From Vicugna vicugna (Eukaryota), in NCBI GenBank assembly GCA_013265495.1, contig MU058213.1, positions 4,216,001 to 4,280,000 of the forward strand: a stretch of 64,000 bases of DNA, read 5' to 3'. Position numbers and translations under genes: made by a program. The stretch's first letter is position 1. Every line of letters starts with the position of its first letter. This document shows, piece after piece, positions 63,325 through 64,000 of the stretch. Under the pieces are notes generated by a model. That model was not told the DNA's origin, did no database searches, and saw only the letters and a list, made by a program, of their open reading frames with translations.

Positions 63325-63760
63325 TCAGTAGGGATCTGTGGTTGCAAGTGACATAAAATCTAACTCAAATTGACTTAAACAGGGAAGAGAATTCATTGGC
63401 TCACGTAACTGAAAAGTTCAAGATAGTTTTGTTAGCCATGGCTTGGCTGAAGAGTTCAAATTACGTCATCAAGATTTGGATTCTCCCTGATATATTGATT
63501 ATTTCCTCTGCTGTCAGCTTCATTCTCAAGCTCAAACTCAACAAATCAGGAACCAGCAGCTCTGGGCTCACACTATCCTCACTACCAGGTCGCCATTCCT
63601 AAACTACTCACTGTTGCCAAGAGAATGAGAAGCTCAGGTTGGCCTGGTCTGATTCAGAAGCCCTTCCCAGGAGCTGAGTGAATGTGAATGGAACAATAAG
63701 GTGATTCCATTTTAGAAAGTAGGAGTATGGTCATCAGAGGAAGGGTGATGTATGTCCTGG
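63325..63760 (-). mobile_element. Old ERVL-type LTR (LTR33/MLT-like)
   Basis: GGTTGCAAGTGACATAAAATCTAACTCAAATTGACTTAAAC...ATTGGCTCACGTAACTGAAAAGTTCA. Confidence 0.6.
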
Positions 63761-64000
63761 GTAATGGAAACAGCAGACATACAACACATCCCTGTTGTTC
63801 TCTTCATTTTTCTAAATATACCTAAAAAAAGTTTATGCCTATTCAATGAAACAGTATTTTTTTTACCGCCACAATGTTTGCACTTCCTCCCCAAGGAGAG
63901 ATGATCCAAAGTCTCGTCTAGCTGCTGCTAACTTCAAGTCCAAGATAGCAGGATAAAGCATGTTTCTCTATCTTGCAGTGATACAGTTCTTCATGATCTA

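Overview
Mammalian, repeat-rich DNA. It is most likely camelid (camel or alpaca), judging from five copies of a vic-1-like tRNA-derived SINE and several young L1 3' ends. I found no intact, recognisable protein-coding gene; most ORFs in the track are transposon-derived or chance. The main result, from manual translation of the minus strand at ~10380->5780, is a heavily decayed Ty3/Gypsy chromovirus-type (sushi-ichi/Mart/SIRH-RTL-like) retrotransposon. Its domains are in canonical order: LDOC1-like N-terminus, gag capsid, candidate slippery heptamer, protease, RT, RNase H, integrase C-terminus and chromodomain. It is broken by stops, frameshifts and four nested old transposons. A strong splice acceptor and an ATG sit directly in front of the gag-like region. 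A chain of minus-strand GT-AG exon candidates links it to a CpG-island promoter at ~61.4-62.4 kb that carries a tandem IRF site. This resembles the layout of domesticated RTL/SIRH genes, so the locus may be a dead RTL-like gene or a lncRNA built on one. Repeat family names come from my recall of consensus sequences and boundaries are approximate. No database search was run.
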